From: an uncultured bacterium
Lineage (GTDB): Bacteria; Krumholzibacteriota; Krumholzibacteriia; JACNKJ01
NCBI GenBank assembly: GCA_964440095.1
Contig: CAYTPZ010000002.1
Location: forward strand, 1,764 to 65,763
DNA: 64,000 bases
Direction: 5' to 3'
The notes beneath the pieces were generated by a model that was not told where the DNA came from, did not search any database, and worked only from the letters and a program-made list of their open reading frames with translations. Position numbers and translations under genes: made by a program. Positions 28,397 through 38,316 of the stretch are shown piece by piece. Each line of letters opens with the position of its first letter. Position 1 is the first letter of the stretch.

Positions 28397-29275
28397 GTGA
28401 GCGTGCTTCGTTCCATGACCGGTTACGGTGGCGCCAAGTTACAGGCCGAGGGCCTCGAGCTGCAGGTGGACATCAAGTCCGTTAACAATCGTTTCTTCGA
28501 CTTCCAGCCCCGGCTTTCCCGGGATCTGCAATTCCTGGAAGGTGAAATCCTCGAGAAGGTCAAGGCGGGCCTGGGCCGCGGCCGCGTGTCGGTGACGGTT
28601 AACATTGAGCGCCAGGCAGGCAGCGAGCTTCCCGAACTCAACGAGGAAATGCTCGAGCTTTACCTGCAGGCTCATAAACGCATCAAGGGCGCCGAGCGTC
28701 TGAGCGCCGGCAACGCCACCGACCTGCTTTCCCTGCCCGATCTATTCCGCGCGCCTGTCGAGGAGATCGATAGCGATCGCCTGCGCGAACTGGCTTTGGG
28801 CTGCGTGGATGATGCCGTGGCCGATATCATCGCCATGAAGGAACGCGAGGGCGCCGCCCTGGGCGATGAGCTGGCCGGCCGGCTGGACCTGCTGGAATCC
28901 GCCGTTTCCCGTGTGGAGGACGCCCTTCCCCAGGTGCGCGAGGGCCTGCGCAGCCGCCTGCGCGAGCGCCTGGATGAGTTGCTGGAGAACGTGCCGGTGG
29001 ACGAGCAGCGCCTGGCCATGGAGGCCGCCGTTTTGGTGGACAAGGCCGACGTGACCGAGGAAATCGTGCGACTGCAAAGTCATATTCATCAGTTCCGCGA
29101 GGCCCTGGACGACGGCGGTGAAGTCTCAAAAAAACTGGGATTCCTGCTCCAGGAAGTGCTTCGCGAGGCCAATACAATTGGTTCCAAGTCTCAGGATCTA
29201 GCGATCACCCGCGATGTTTTGTTGATTAAGGAGGAGACCGAGAAGCTCCGGGAGCAGATCCTCAATTTAGAGTAG
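28397..29275 (+). CDS. yicC: YicC-family stress-induced protein
   Basis: N-terminus SMTGYGG resembles E. coli YicC; conserved yicC-gmk-rpoZ-coaBC synteny; GTG start. Confidence 0.8.
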   Translation: MSVLRSMTGYGGAKLQAEGLELQVDIKSVNNRFFDFQPRLSRDLQFLEGEILEKVKAGLGRGRVSVTVNIERQAGSELPELNEEMLELYLQAHKRIKGAERLSAGNATDLLSLPDLFRAPVEEIDSDRLRELALGCVDDAVADIIAMKEREGAALGDELAGRLDLLESAVSRVEDALPQVREGLRSRLRERLDELLENVPVDEQRLAMEAAVLVDKADVTEEIVRLQSHIHQFREALDDGGEVSKKLGFLLQEVLREANTIGSKSQDLAITRDVLLIKEETEKLREQILNLE

Positions 29276-29307
29276 ATCCGCAGGGGCGTGGCAGGAGGGA
29301 TCCTTCA

Positions 29308-29952
29308 ATGGTCATGGCCCCAGGCGAAGCGTCGGCGGTGGTGGTTTCGGGCCCATCGGGCAGCGGAAAGACCACCCTAGTCAAGCATCTCATGCTGCGT
29401 TACCCCAACAGCCATTTTTCCATCAGCGCTACCACTCGCGCCCTCAGGGGCGAGGAAGTGGACGGCGTCGATTATCGCTTCATCAGCCGCGAGAAGTTCG
29501 AATCCCTACGTGATGCGAGCGAAATGCTCGAATGGGCCGAGGTCCACGGAGAGTTCTACGGCACCCCGCGCAAGGAAGTGGAGAAGGCCCTGGATCAGAA
29601 CCTCCACGTATTCCTCGACATCGACGTGCAAGGCGGACTTCAAGTTAAGGAGGCTCTGGGCCCCAGAGCATGGCTGCTTTATGTGCTGCCGCCGGATCGG
29701 GAAACCCTGGAAACTCGCCTGCGAGGGCGCGGAACCGAGGACGAGGAGAAGGTGGCCCTGCGCCTGACCAATGCCCTGGGCGAACTGGCCGAGTTGCCCC
29801 GATACGACGCGGTGGTAGTCAATGACGATCTGGCCCGCGCCGTGGACCAGGCCGACGAGCTGATGCGGAATCTCCAACACAATAAAAATGAATGGTTTAG
29901 CTCGGGCGGCCGGGAAATGCTGAAGGAACGCTTCGGCCTGGATCTTCCCTGA
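29308..29952 (+). CDS. gmk: Guanylate kinase
   Basis: P-loop GPSGSGKTT; ISATTRA..GE..G.DY.F motifs. Confidence 0.9.
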   Translation: MVMAPGEASAVVVSGPSGSGKTTLVKHLMLRYPNSHFSISATTRALRGEEVDGVDYRFISREKFESLRDASEMLEWAEVHGEFYGTPRKEVEKALDQNLHVFLDIDVQGGLQVKEALGPRAWLLYVLPPDRETLETRLRGRGTEDEEKVALRLTNALGELAELPRYDAVVVNDDLARAVDQADELMRNLQHNKNEWFSSGGREMLKERFGLDLP

Positions 29953-30027
29953 ATTGCGCGACGGCCTTTCATTTGCTAATATCCAGACTCTTGAATCCCC
30001 CCTTAAACCGTTACCCGAGGTGATCGC

Positions 30028-30276
30028 ATGGGTTTTGTGCCCACTGAAAAGCTGACGAATGTGATCGACAACAAGTATGAGGCCATCCTGGTGGCGGCCA
30101 AGGAAGCGCGGGTGCGCAATAGCATCGCCCAGCTTTCCGATTGGGATCCCGATCACGAGCGCCCCAAGATCACCTCGGTGGCCTTGGATCGATTGACTCA
30201 GGGACACGTGGAATATACTCACGTAGACCCCGATGAAGTGGCCGAGGTCGAAGAGGCCGAAACGGAAGATGAGTAG
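30028..30276 (+). CDS. rpoZ: DNA-directed RNA polymerase subunit omega
   Basis: NKYEAILVAAKEARVRN matches the RpoZ core helix; position between gmk and coaBC. Confidence 0.85.
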   Translation: MGFVPTEKLTNVIDNKYEAILVAAKEARVRNSIAQLSDWDPDHERPKITSVALDRLTQGHVEYTHVDPDEVAEVEEAETEDE

Positions 30277-31534
30277 TGCAAAGAAACCCGGTCGCGAAAA
30301 TCTGAGAGGCGTCAGGGTTCTGCTGGGCGTAACCGGCGGCATCGCGGCTTACAAGGCCGCCTACCTGGTTCGTCTCCTGCGCAAGGCCGAAGCCGAAGTG
30401 GTGGTGACCATGACGGAGTCGGCCTCTCGTTTTATAGGGAAGGCCACGCTGGAAACCCTCAGCGGAAATCCCGTGGTGGACAATCTCTGGCAGCCCGCAC
30501 TTCCCCGCGAACTCAGCGACGTGGAACATATCGGTCTGGTGAAGTGGGCCGACTTCGCCATCATGGCGCCGGCCACCATGAACTCTCTGGGAAAACTCGC
30601 CCGCGGTTTGGCCGACGACGCCTTATCCACCATCTTCGCCGCCTTCGAAGCCGAGCGCGTGCTTTTGGCACCGGCCATGAACACCGGCATGTGGCAAAAC
30701 GCCGCCACCCGCGAGAACATGGGCCTGCTCGCCCGGCGCGGCTACGGCATCCTGGGGCCAGGTCGCGGCGAACTGGCCTGCGGCGATGAAGATGAAGGCC
30801 GCATGCTCGAGCCCGAAGAACTGCTGGCCGCCCTGGAAGAAAAAGCCGAGCGCCCTTCGGGTCTGCTCAGCGGACGACAAGTGCTCGTGAGCGCAGGGCC
30901 CACCCGCGAGGCTTTGGATCCCGTGCGATACATCAGTAATCCATCTACCGGCACCATGGGACGGGCCATTGCCCTGGCCGCCTGGCGCGAGGGCGCCGAG
31001 GTGGCCTTGGTGGCCGGCCCCGGCGTAGCGGCAACGCCGGCCCCCTTGCATCGCGTGAACGTGGAGAGCTCGGCTGAAATGGCCGATGCGCTGCTCGCGG
31101 TCGCGAAAGAGGCCGATTTGGTGGTCATGGCCGCGGCCGTGGCGGACTATCGTCCCAAGTCTCGCTCGGATGAAAAGATCAAGAAGACCGGCGAGGCCAT
31201 GGAGCTTTCGCTGGAACCCACGCTGGATATTCTCTCCGCCATGCGCGACCGCAACCTGGGTGGCTTCCGCGTTGGATTCGCCATGGAAACCGGCCAAGCC
31301 GAGTCGCGCGCTCAGGCCAAGCTTGAGGCCAAAGGACTTGACCTCATCGTGGCCAACGACCTCGAAGAAGAAGGCGCGGGCTTCGGGAAAGACAGCAATC
31401 GTGTGACGGTCTTGGGGCTGCAGGGCTTTCGCATGGAATATCCCCTCATGGCCAAGGAAGACTTGGGTCGGCAATTGGTGTCGCTCATCGCCGAACGCGC
31501 CTTCGGGCAAACCCGTGGGAAGGCCAATGGATAA
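30269..31534 (+). CDS. coaBC: Bifunctional phosphopantothenoylcysteine decarboxylase / phosphopantothenate-cysteine ligase
   Basis: Flavoprotein N-terminal domain (GVTGGIAAYKA) and DFP C-terminal domain; ATGAGTAG overlap with rpoZ. Confidence 0.9.
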   Translation: MSSAKKPGRENLRGVRVLLGVTGGIAAYKAAYLVRLLRKAEAEVVVTMTESASRFIGKATLETLSGNPVVDNLWQPALPRELSDVEHIGLVKWADFAIMAPATMNSLGKLARGLADDALSTIFAAFEAERVLLAPAMNTGMWQNAATRENMGLLARRGYGILGPGRGELACGDEDEGRMLEPEELLAALEEKAERPSGLLSGRQVLVSAGPTREALDPVRYISNPSTGTMGRAIALAAWREGAEVALVAGPGVAATPAPLHRVNVESSAEMADALLAVAKEADLVVMAAAVADYRPKSRSDEKIKKTGEAMELSLEPTLDILSAMRDRNLGGFRVGFAMETGQAESRAQAKLEAKGLDLIVANDLEEEGAGFGKDSNRVTVLGLQGFRMEYPLMAKEDLGRQLVSLIAERAFGQTRGKANG

Positions 31535-32276
31535 ACGTGAAGAGGCCATCAAGCTGCTTCGCACATGGGTGCGCCAGCAACATGCTTCGGGCGTGGAGCG
31601 TGTAGTCTATGATCGCGAGCATAAGGCTGTTGCCATCCTCGATGAAAAGCCCGTGGCCGAAGTGGAAACGGCCATCCCGGCCCTGCGCGATTCGCTGGAA
31701 GAGAAGTTTCCGGCCTGGGTCGGTAGCGAGCTTTTACCTTTGGCCAAAGATATTCTCGCCTGCGAGAATTGCAGCCTCTGCGAAACCCGAACCCAGGCGG
31801 TGCCGGGAGTCGGTCACGCCAAGGCCAAGCTGGTTTTCGTGGGTGAAGCGCCGGGTGCTGAAGAGGATCGTCAGGGCATTCCCTTTGTGGGACGAGCCGG
31901 GCAGTTGCTCGACAAAATTCTCGCGGCCATCGATCTGTCGCGGGACGATGTGCATATCCTTAATATTCTCAAGTGCCGGCCGCCGGAGAATCGGAACCCC
32001 GCGCCGGATGAAATTGTGGCCTGCCGGCCATTTCTGGAGCGGCAACTGGAAATTCTCGAGCCCAAGATCATCGTGGGGCTGGGACTTTTTTCATCTCAGT
32101 GGCTCACAGGAAAAAAAGTTTCCCTGACCAAGTTGCGCGAGACCGGTCCGCACGAGTATGCTGGCATTCAGGTTTACGCCACCTACCACCCGGCCGCCTT
32201 GCTTCGCAATCCCAATTGGAGGCGTCCCGCCTGGGTTGACTTTCAGGCCATTCGCAAGGAGTACGATCGTCTGTGA
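31527..32276 (+). CDS. Uracil-DNA glycosylase family 4, with N-terminal extension
   Basis: C..C...LVFVGEAPG..ED..G.PFVG.AG.LL motif (ENCSLCE...LVFVGEAPGAEEDRQGIPFVGRAGQLL); HIL..LKCRPP motif. Confidence 0.8.
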   Translation: MDKREEAIKLLRTWVRQQHASGVERVVYDREHKAVAILDEKPVAEVETAIPALRDSLEEKFPAWVGSELLPLAKDILACENCSLCETRTQAVPGVGHAKAKLVFVGEAPGAEEDRQGIPFVGRAGQLLDKILAAIDLSRDDVHILNILKCRPPENRNPAPDEIVACRPFLERQLEILEPKIIVGLGLFSSQWLTGKKVSLTKLRETGPHEYAGIQVYATYHPAALLRNPNWRRPAWVDFQAIRKEYDRL

Positions 32277-33673
32277 GCGCCAGCTTCGAATCCACCGGAA
32301 CTCGCACCGCGTCCAGCGGCAATGTGGACTCGCGACGCCTGCCGCCCCAGAGCCTGGAAGCGGAGGAAGCGGTACTGGGAGCCTTGCTCCTGGATCGCGC
32401 CGCCATTCACCAGGCCATGGAGTTGCTCGAGCCCGAGCAATTCTACGCTCCCAAGAACGCCGAGATTTTCAGTTCCATGGTGGGTCTCTACCAGCGTGGT
32501 GAAGCGGTGGACCTGGTCACCCTCAGCGAGGAACTCAAAAAGCGTGGCACCCTCGATTCCGCGGGCGGCTCCAGTTATCTGGGCAGCTTGCAGGCCAGCG
32601 TGGCCACCGGCGCCAACGTTGCGCACTACGCGCGCATCGTCATCGAGAAGGCCACCCTGCGCGGAATGATCAGCGCGGCGGGGAAGATCGTCGAAAACTG
32701 CTACGAAGGACGCGAGGATCCGGCCGACGTGCTCGACCGCGCCGAAGCCGAGATCATGTCCATCAGCCAGGGGCGGCTGAAGCAGGGTTTTCAGCAGGTC
32801 AAAGACATCCTCATGTCTTCCTTCGAGGAAATTCAGAAACAGTACCAGAGCAAGGGCGCGCTCACCGGCGTACCCACGGGTTACACGAAGCTCGACGAAA
32901 TGACCGGCGGCATGCAGGCCGGCGACATGATCATTGTGGCCGCGCGTCCTTCCATGGGTAAGACGGCTCTTTGTTTGAACATCGCGCAGACGGCGGCCAT
33001 CGAGCACAAGAAAAAGGTGGCCATCTTCTCGCTGGAAATGAGCAAGGAAGCGCTGGTGCAGCGCCTGCTCACTTCCGAAGCGCGAGTGAACGCGCACCAG
33101 TTACGTACGGGACATCTGCGCGACGACGATTGGCAGCTTCTCACCGAAGCGGCGGGGCATCTGGCTTCCGCGCCTATTTTTATCGACGATTCGGCGGCCT
33201 CCACGGTTTTGGAAATGCGCGCCAAGGCGCGGCGCTTGCAGTCGCAGCATGGGCTCGACATGGTCATCGTGGACTACCTGCAGCTCATGCGCGCAACCGG
33301 TCGTTCGGACAATCGCCAGCAGGAAATCACCGAAATCAGCCGCGGGCTTAAGGCTCTGGCCAAAGAGCTATCCGTGCCGGTGATGGCGCTCAGCCAGCTA
33401 AGTCGCGCCGTGGTGCAGCGTGGTGGGGACAAGCGTCCCATGTTGTCGGATCTTCGCGAAAGTGGAGCCTTGGAGCAGGACGCCGACGTGGTGATGTTCA
33501 TCAATCGTCCCGAAATGTACGACGACAGCGACATGGACGCCGAAGGCGTGGCCGAAATCATCATCGGCAAACAGCGCAACGGTCCCACGGGATCAATGAA
33601 ACTCACCTTCGTGAAAGACTACACGCGCTTCGAGAATCCCGCTCCCGGCGACTACGACGACTACGACGTTTGA
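32273..33673 (+). CDS. dnaB: Replicative DNA helicase
   Basis: PQSLEAEEAVLGALLLD N-terminal motif; Walker A GARPSMGKTA; RecA-like C-terminal domain; GTG start. Confidence 0.9.
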   Translation: MSASFESTGTRTASSGNVDSRRLPPQSLEAEEAVLGALLLDRAAIHQAMELLEPEQFYAPKNAEIFSSMVGLYQRGEAVDLVTLSEELKKRGTLDSAGGSSYLGSLQASVATGANVAHYARIVIEKATLRGMISAAGKIVENCYEGREDPADVLDRAEAEIMSISQGRLKQGFQQVKDILMSSFEEIQKQYQSKGALTGVPTGYTKLDEMTGGMQAGDMIIVAARPSMGKTALCLNIAQTAAIEHKKKVAIFSLEMSKEALVQRLLTSEARVNAHQLRTGHLRDDDWQLLTEAAGHLASAPIFIDDSAASTVLEMRAKARRLQSQHGLDMVIVDYLQLMRATGRSDNRQQEITEISRGLKALAKELSVPVMALSQLSRAVVQRGGDKRPMLSDLRESGALEQDADVVMFINRPEMYDDSDMDAEGVAEIIIGKQRNGPTGSMKLTFVKDYTRFENPAPGDYDDYDV

Positions 33674-33681
33674 GCGCGATC

Positions 33682-34074
33682 ATGCATCCCCTTCGCATTA
33701 TGGAAACCTGCCTCTACGCCGACGACTTGGCTGCCGCCGAAGATTTCTACAGCCGTGTTCTGGGCCTCGAAATATTCACCCGCGATGCTGGGCGACACGT
33801 GTTCTTCAAACTCGGCGACAGCATGTTGCTGATCTTCAATCCCGCCGACAGCTCCCAGCAAAGCCATCTGCCCGCCCATGGGCAGCAAGGCGCCGGGCAC
33901 CTGGCCCTGGCTGCGGAAGAATCCGAATTGGACGAATGGCAAGATCGCCTGGCAGCGGCGAATGTCGTCATCGAACGCGATTACCTTTGGCCCCAAGGTG
34001 GGCGCTCCCTCTACTTCCGCGACCCAGCGGGAAACAGCGTCGAAATTGTTAGTCCGAAAATTTGGGAATTGTAA
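33682..34074 (+). CDS. VOC-family (glyoxalase/bleomycin-resistance/dioxygenase fold) protein
   Basis: Size and paired beta-alpha-beta-beta-beta-like pattern; LYFRDPAGNSVEIV C-terminal motif. Confidence 0.6.
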   Translation: MHPLRIMETCLYADDLAAAEDFYSRVLGLEIFTRDAGRHVFFKLGDSMLLIFNPADSSQQSHLPAHGQQGAGHLALAAEESELDEWQDRLAAANVVIERDYLWPQGGRSLYFRDPAGNSVEIVSPKIWEL

Positions 34075-34215
34075 GGTCGGTCAGCCGCCTCACCGAAACA
34101 GTATTAACCTGTTTATTTACAGATGGTTAACAATGATCCCCCCTTGCGTGCAGGCCAGGAAGGGTGACATCTTGGGGGCATCAGGATCCACAAGTCTTCA
34201 TCCGGGAGGATAACC

Positions 34216-35616
34216 ATGTTTCGCTTCGCCCTCATTGCCGCATCAATGCTGACCCTTCCCGCATTGGCGCAAAACGAAGATCACATGGAGATCGAAGGAC
34301 CCTTCGAAAATGGTCCGGCCGTCACAGCCGTTTGTCTCGATTGCCACGATGATGCGGCCGAAGATTTCATGAAGACCACGCACTGGACCTGGAGCAGCGA
34401 GCAGCAAATCGAGGGACACGCGGGAACGGTTGACAGGGGCAAGCGAAACGCTTTGAACAATTTCTGCATCGCCGTGGCCGGCAATTGGCCCCGCTGCACA
34501 AGTTGTCACGCTGGATACGGTTGGGTCGACGACAGCTTCGACTTCAGCGATCCGGCGGGCATCGACTGCCTGGTCTGCCACGACACCACGGGTAGCTATC
34601 GTAAATTCCCAACGGCCGCTGGGCATCCGGCCTACGAGACCAAGGAGTTCATGGGCACGGTTTATGAGGTGCCCGACCTCGAGAATATCGCGCGGAATGT
34701 AGGCATGCCCGATCGCGCCAGTTGCGGAACCTGCCACTTTTTTGGTGGTGGTGGCAACGCGGTGAAACATGGCGACCTGGACAAATCGCTTACGAATCCC
34801 GTGCGCGCTCTTGATGTTCACATGGGTGTGGACGGTGAAAACATGAGTTGCCAGGAGTGTCACAAAACGGAAGCGCATCAGATCAGTGGTAACGCACTGG
34901 TGGTTTCACCCGGCGGCAACACGCATATCGACTGTGTGGATTGCCACGAGGGAAATCCTCATGTGAAGAAGAAGAAATTCCTGGGCAAGCACCTCGACAA
35001 GGTCGCCTGCCAGACTTGCCACATTCCCCGCTTCGCCATTGAAGCTCCCACGAAGACCTGGTGGGATTGGTCAGACGCGGGCAAGGATCGCGAATCGAAA
35101 AAGGATGAAAACGGCAAGCCGACCTTCGCCAAAAAGAAGGGAAGCTTCACCTGGGAGAAAAACGTCACGCCGGTCTACGCCTGGTACAACGGGAATGCAG
35201 ATGTCTATCTATTGGGCGACAAAATGGATCCTTCAAAGGTGACTTCCCTAAGCTGGCCCAAGGGTGATCGCCGGGATGAAAAGGCCAAGATTTTTCCCTT
35301 CAAACTCATGCGCGGCAAGCAGCCTTACGACACGAAAAACAAGACCTTCATAACGCCCAAGCTTTTTGGAAAGACCGGCTTTTGGAAAACATTCGATTGG
35401 AATAGTGCATCGGAGCAAGGCATGGCTGCAGCCGGGCTGGACTACAGTGGTAGCTACGACTTCGCGGAAACCGAGATGTACTGGAAGCTCAATCACATGG
35501 TCTCGCCCAAGGATGATGCGCTCAAATGCAAGGCCTGCCACAGTGAAGGCGGTCTGATGGATTGGCAGGCGCTCGGATATCCCGGAGATCCGAAGAAAAA
35601 GGAAAATCGGGACTAG
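34216..35616 (+). CDS. Octaheme c-type cytochrome (OTR/tetrathionate-reductase-like family), secreted
   Basis: Signal peptide; eight CxxCH motifs (CLDCH, CTSCH, CLVCH, CGTCH, CQECH, CVDCH, CQTCH, CKACH); about 466 aa, similar in size to Shewanella OTR. Confidence 0.7.
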   Translation: MFRFALIAASMLTLPALAQNEDHMEIEGPFENGPAVTAVCLDCHDDAAEDFMKTTHWTWSSEQQIEGHAGTVDRGKRNALNNFCIAVAGNWPRCTSCHAGYGWVDDSFDFSDPAGIDCLVCHDTTGSYRKFPTAAGHPAYETKEFMGTVYEVPDLENIARNVGMPDRASCGTCHFFGGGGNAVKHGDLDKSLTNPVRALDVHMGVDGENMSCQECHKTEAHQISGNALVVSPGGNTHIDCVDCHEGNPHVKKKKFLGKHLDKVACQTCHIPRFAIEAPTKTWWDWSDAGKDRESKKDENGKPTFAKKKGSFTWEKNVTPVYAWYNGNADVYLLGDKMDPSKVTSLSWPKGDRRDEKAKIFPFKLMRGKQPYDTKNKTFITPKLFGKTGFWKTFDWNSASEQGMAAAGLDYSGSYDFAETEMYWKLNHMVSPKDDALKCKACHSEGGLMDWQALGYPGDPKKKENRD

Positions 35617-35732
35617 AAAGCAACATCGGAATGCCATAGCCATAGCTCTCGCTTCGGTATTAATGCGAGGGCTGTGGCTATGGCTTTAGCTTCTTCATTG
35701 ACCCCGTAGCATTCGCGGCCTTTAATGACTCC

Positions 35733-36530
35733 ATGTCACCGTTGCGAACTACCGGAATCTACCTGGGCCGTCAGGTTATAGCCCTGCTCGAAGACGTGGG
35801 CGCCCTCGCTCGCCTGCAGGGTCAGGTATTCCGATTCACCCCACAACTCTTCCGAAGCACTCGCCTGTTCATGGAACAGATGCTGGAGATCGGCAATCGC
35901 TCGCTGCCGCTTGTGCTAGTCGTTTCCATCTTCAGCGGCGCGGTCACCGCCGTGCAGGCGAGCTACCAGTTCCAGGCTTGGGTGCCGCTGGTACTTTTGG
36001 GAAGTACGGTCTTTCGCTCGGTGGTCATCGAACTGGGGCCGGTACTCACCGCCCTTGTTGTGGGCGGCCGCGTATCCGCCGCCATCGCCGCCGAAATCGG
36101 CACTATGAAGGTGACCGAGCAGGTGGACGCCCTGGAAACGCTTTCCATCCATCCCGTGCGCTACCTGGTGCTGCCAAGGTTTTGGGCGGGCGTGGTCATG
36201 TTGCCCGTGATCACCGTCATCGCCGACATACTGGCCATCATGGGTGCCTATGTCGTGTCGCTGTTAACGATTCCCAACATGACCACCCATCTGTTCCTCG
36301 AGGGCATTCGTCTGGAGCTTTACCCACGCGATGTCTTCTCGGGTCTGCTCAAGGCGGTTTTCTTCGGCGCGATCATGACCATGACCGGCGCGGTCTTCGG
36401 CCTTCGCGCCAAAGGTGGAGCCGAGGGAGTAGGACAGGCCACCATGAAAGCAGTGGTGGCCAGCTGCCTGCTTATTCTCGTACTCGACTACTTTCTTGCC
36501 ACCGTCCTATTCCAGGTGATCTTCGAATGA
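35733..36530 (+). CDS. mlaE: MlaE-type ABC transporter permease
   Basis: MlaE/Ttg2B family blocks (...VTEQVDALETLSI.P...) and TM topology. Confidence 0.85.
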   Translation: MSPLRTTGIYLGRQVIALLEDVGALARLQGQVFRFTPQLFRSTRLFMEQMLEIGNRSLPLVLVVSIFSGAVTAVQASYQFQAWVPLVLLGSTVFRSVVIELGPVLTALVVGGRVSAAIAAEIGTMKVTEQVDALETLSIHPVRYLVLPRFWAGVVMLPVITVIADILAIMGAYVVSLLTIPNMTTHLFLEGIRLELYPRDVFSGLLKAVFFGAIMTMTGAVFGLRAKGGAEGVGQATMKAVVASCLLILVLDYFLATVLFQVIFE

Positions 36531-37288
36531 GTGACACGCTAATTTGCATACGCGGCCTGGAAAAATCATTTAAAGAGCAGGCGGTTCTTCGGGGTATCGA
36601 CTTGGATATCCACAGCGGCGAAACCCTGGCCATTCTCGGAGGCAGCGGTACGGGAAAAAGTGTGCTGGTGAAGCATCTGGTGGGTCTGCTCGATGCCGAC
36701 GCGGGAAGCATCACCATGGGTGAGGGCGAGGTCATCGGCCTTGCTGGAAAGCAGCTGTACGCACATCGTCGACGATTCGGCTACCTCTTCCAGGGCGCGG
36801 CACTTTTCGACTCCCTGGATGTTGGAGAAAACGTTGGTCTGGGCCTCAAGGAAAACACCGACAAGAGCGACGAGGAAATAAGCGCCATCGTTGCCGAGAA
36901 ACTTGCACTCGTGGGGCTCGAAGGCATCGAGGAGAAGCGCGTTGTCGAGTTGTCCGGCGGCATGAAGAAGCGCGTGGGCCTGGCCCGCGCCATCGCCATG
37001 GAGCCCGAAGTCATCATCTACGACGAGCCGACCACGGGACTTGATCCCGTGACCAGCGCCGTCATCGGCGAGCTGATCCAGAGCATGAAGAAAAGTCTCG
37101 CCATAACATCGCTCGTGGTCACCCACGACATTCCCCTCGTCAAACGCGTCGCCGATCGCGCGGTGCTGCTGCACGAAGGAAAACTCATCTTCCAGGGAAC
37201 GGTTGTCGAACTCTTCGCGTCCGAGCATCCGCGCGTGCGGGCTTTCGTGTCGGGTACGGTTCCTGTTTCCAATGGGGAGGCGCAGTGA
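36527..37288 (+). CDS. mlaF: MlaF-type ABC transporter ATP-binding protein
   Basis: Walker A GGSGTGKS, signature LSGGMKKR, Walker B IIYDEP; ATGA overlap with mlaE. Confidence 0.85.
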   Translation: MSDTLICIRGLEKSFKEQAVLRGIDLDIHSGETLAILGGSGTGKSVLVKHLVGLLDADAGSITMGEGEVIGLAGKQLYAHRRRFGYLFQGAALFDSLDVGENVGLGLKENTDKSDEEISAIVAEKLALVGLEGIEEKRVVELSGGMKKRVGLARAIAMEPEVIIYDEPTTGLDPVTSAVIGELIQSMKKSLAITSLVVTHDIPLVKRVADRAVLLHEGKLIFQGTVVELFASEHPRVRAFVSGTVPVSNGEAQ

Positions 37289-38163
37289 GAAGAAACGTTG
37301 AACTTCAAGTGGGTAGCCTGGTCCTGGTGGCCATCGTCGCCGCATCCTTCGGATTACTCTTCCTCAAGGAATTCAAATTCCGTTCGGCAACCTGGCCCGT
37401 GGAAGTCTCCTTTCCCGAGGCTTCGGGCCTGAGTGTGGGTGCGCCTGTGCTCATCCGCGGCGTGGAGCGCGGCAAGGTGCAGTCCATTCGCCTCGAGCGG
37501 GAAAATGTTGTGGTGACTTTGGGTATCGAAGAGGAAGTGGACATCAGCGAAGACGCGCTTTTTATCATTCAACCCGACATGATGGGGCCGACCTATGTGA
37601 CGGTTGATCAAGGTGTCAGCGAAACCAGCATCGAACCCGGTGCATCCCTCAGCGGCGTGGCTCATGTGGAGTTGGCAGCACTGCTGGAAAACTCGGCGGG
37701 TCTTCTGGTGCGTGTAGACCGCCTAACCCGACGCTTCGATGACTTCATGGCCGGCGGCAAGGTGGACACCCTTATTCTCGACCTGAGCGCCAGCTCGCGT
37801 GAACTCCGATTGCTTTCCGAGGCCAGCCGCGTCGCACTGCCCCGCAGTCTGGCCGGGCTCGATATTCTCACCGACGAACTCAGCACATTCATTAAAGAGA
37901 CCGGACCCAAGGTGGGTACGGGTCTGGATCGACTGAATGCTCTCAGCCTGGAATTGGAAACCCTATCCGCCGATGTTCGCGCGGCCACCGGAGGGCTCAA
38001 GTATGTGAGCGATCAGGTGGAATCGGGCCAGGGAACTTTGGGTCGCCTGGTGGCCGAAGATGACCTTTATATCCGATTAGAGAACACCGTGATTGAGGTG
38101 GACAGCCTTATCGCCGACATCAAAGCCAACCCACGGAGATATTTTAACTTCGAGCTCTTCTAG
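37285..38163 (+). CDS. mlaD: MCE-domain protein (MlaD-like)
   Basis: N-terminal TM helix followed by an MCE domain (VGAPVLIRGVERGKVQSI); GTG start overlapping the mlaF stop. Confidence 0.8.
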   Translation: MRRNVELQVGSLVLVAIVAASFGLLFLKEFKFRSATWPVEVSFPEASGLSVGAPVLIRGVERGKVQSIRLERENVVVTLGIEEEVDISEDALFIIQPDMMGPTYVTVDQGVSETSIEPGASLSGVAHVELAALLENSAGLLVRVDRLTRRFDDFMAGGKVDTLILDLSASSRELRLLSEASRVALPRSLAGLDILTDELSTFIKETGPKVGTGLDRLNALSLELETLSADVRAATGGLKYVSDQVESGQGTLGRLVAEDDLYIRLENTVIEVDSLIADIKANPRRYFNFELF

Positions 38164-38277
38164 CGCCGAGTAAGTTCCAGTTATTTCCGGCAGGTTTGAC
38201 AAGTGCAAGGAATCAACTTACTTAGTTGGCCGAAGCTGCCGATATTTAAGCGGCTTTCCCCCGAATCGTCCTCCAAG

Positions 38278-38287
38278 ATGATATAAT
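38278..38287 (+). promoter_or_regulatory. Extended -10 promoter element (TGaTATAAT) upstream of the KamA-family gene
   Basis: TG-n-TATAAT lies 29 nt before the ATG, with GGAGG RBS 6 nt before the start; no good -35. Confidence 0.4.
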
Positions 38288-38316
38288 CTTGGTTCGCAAC
38301 ACCCTGGAGGCGACAG

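Noticed and set aside
30623-31564. 313-aa minus-strand ORF
   Set aside because: It is the antisense of coaBC.
35978-37288. 436-aa plus-strand ORF
   Set aside because: This is an out-of-frame read through mlaE that merges into the mlaF frame. The real mlaF starts at 36527, where MSDTLICIRGLEK begins, with an ATGA overlap.
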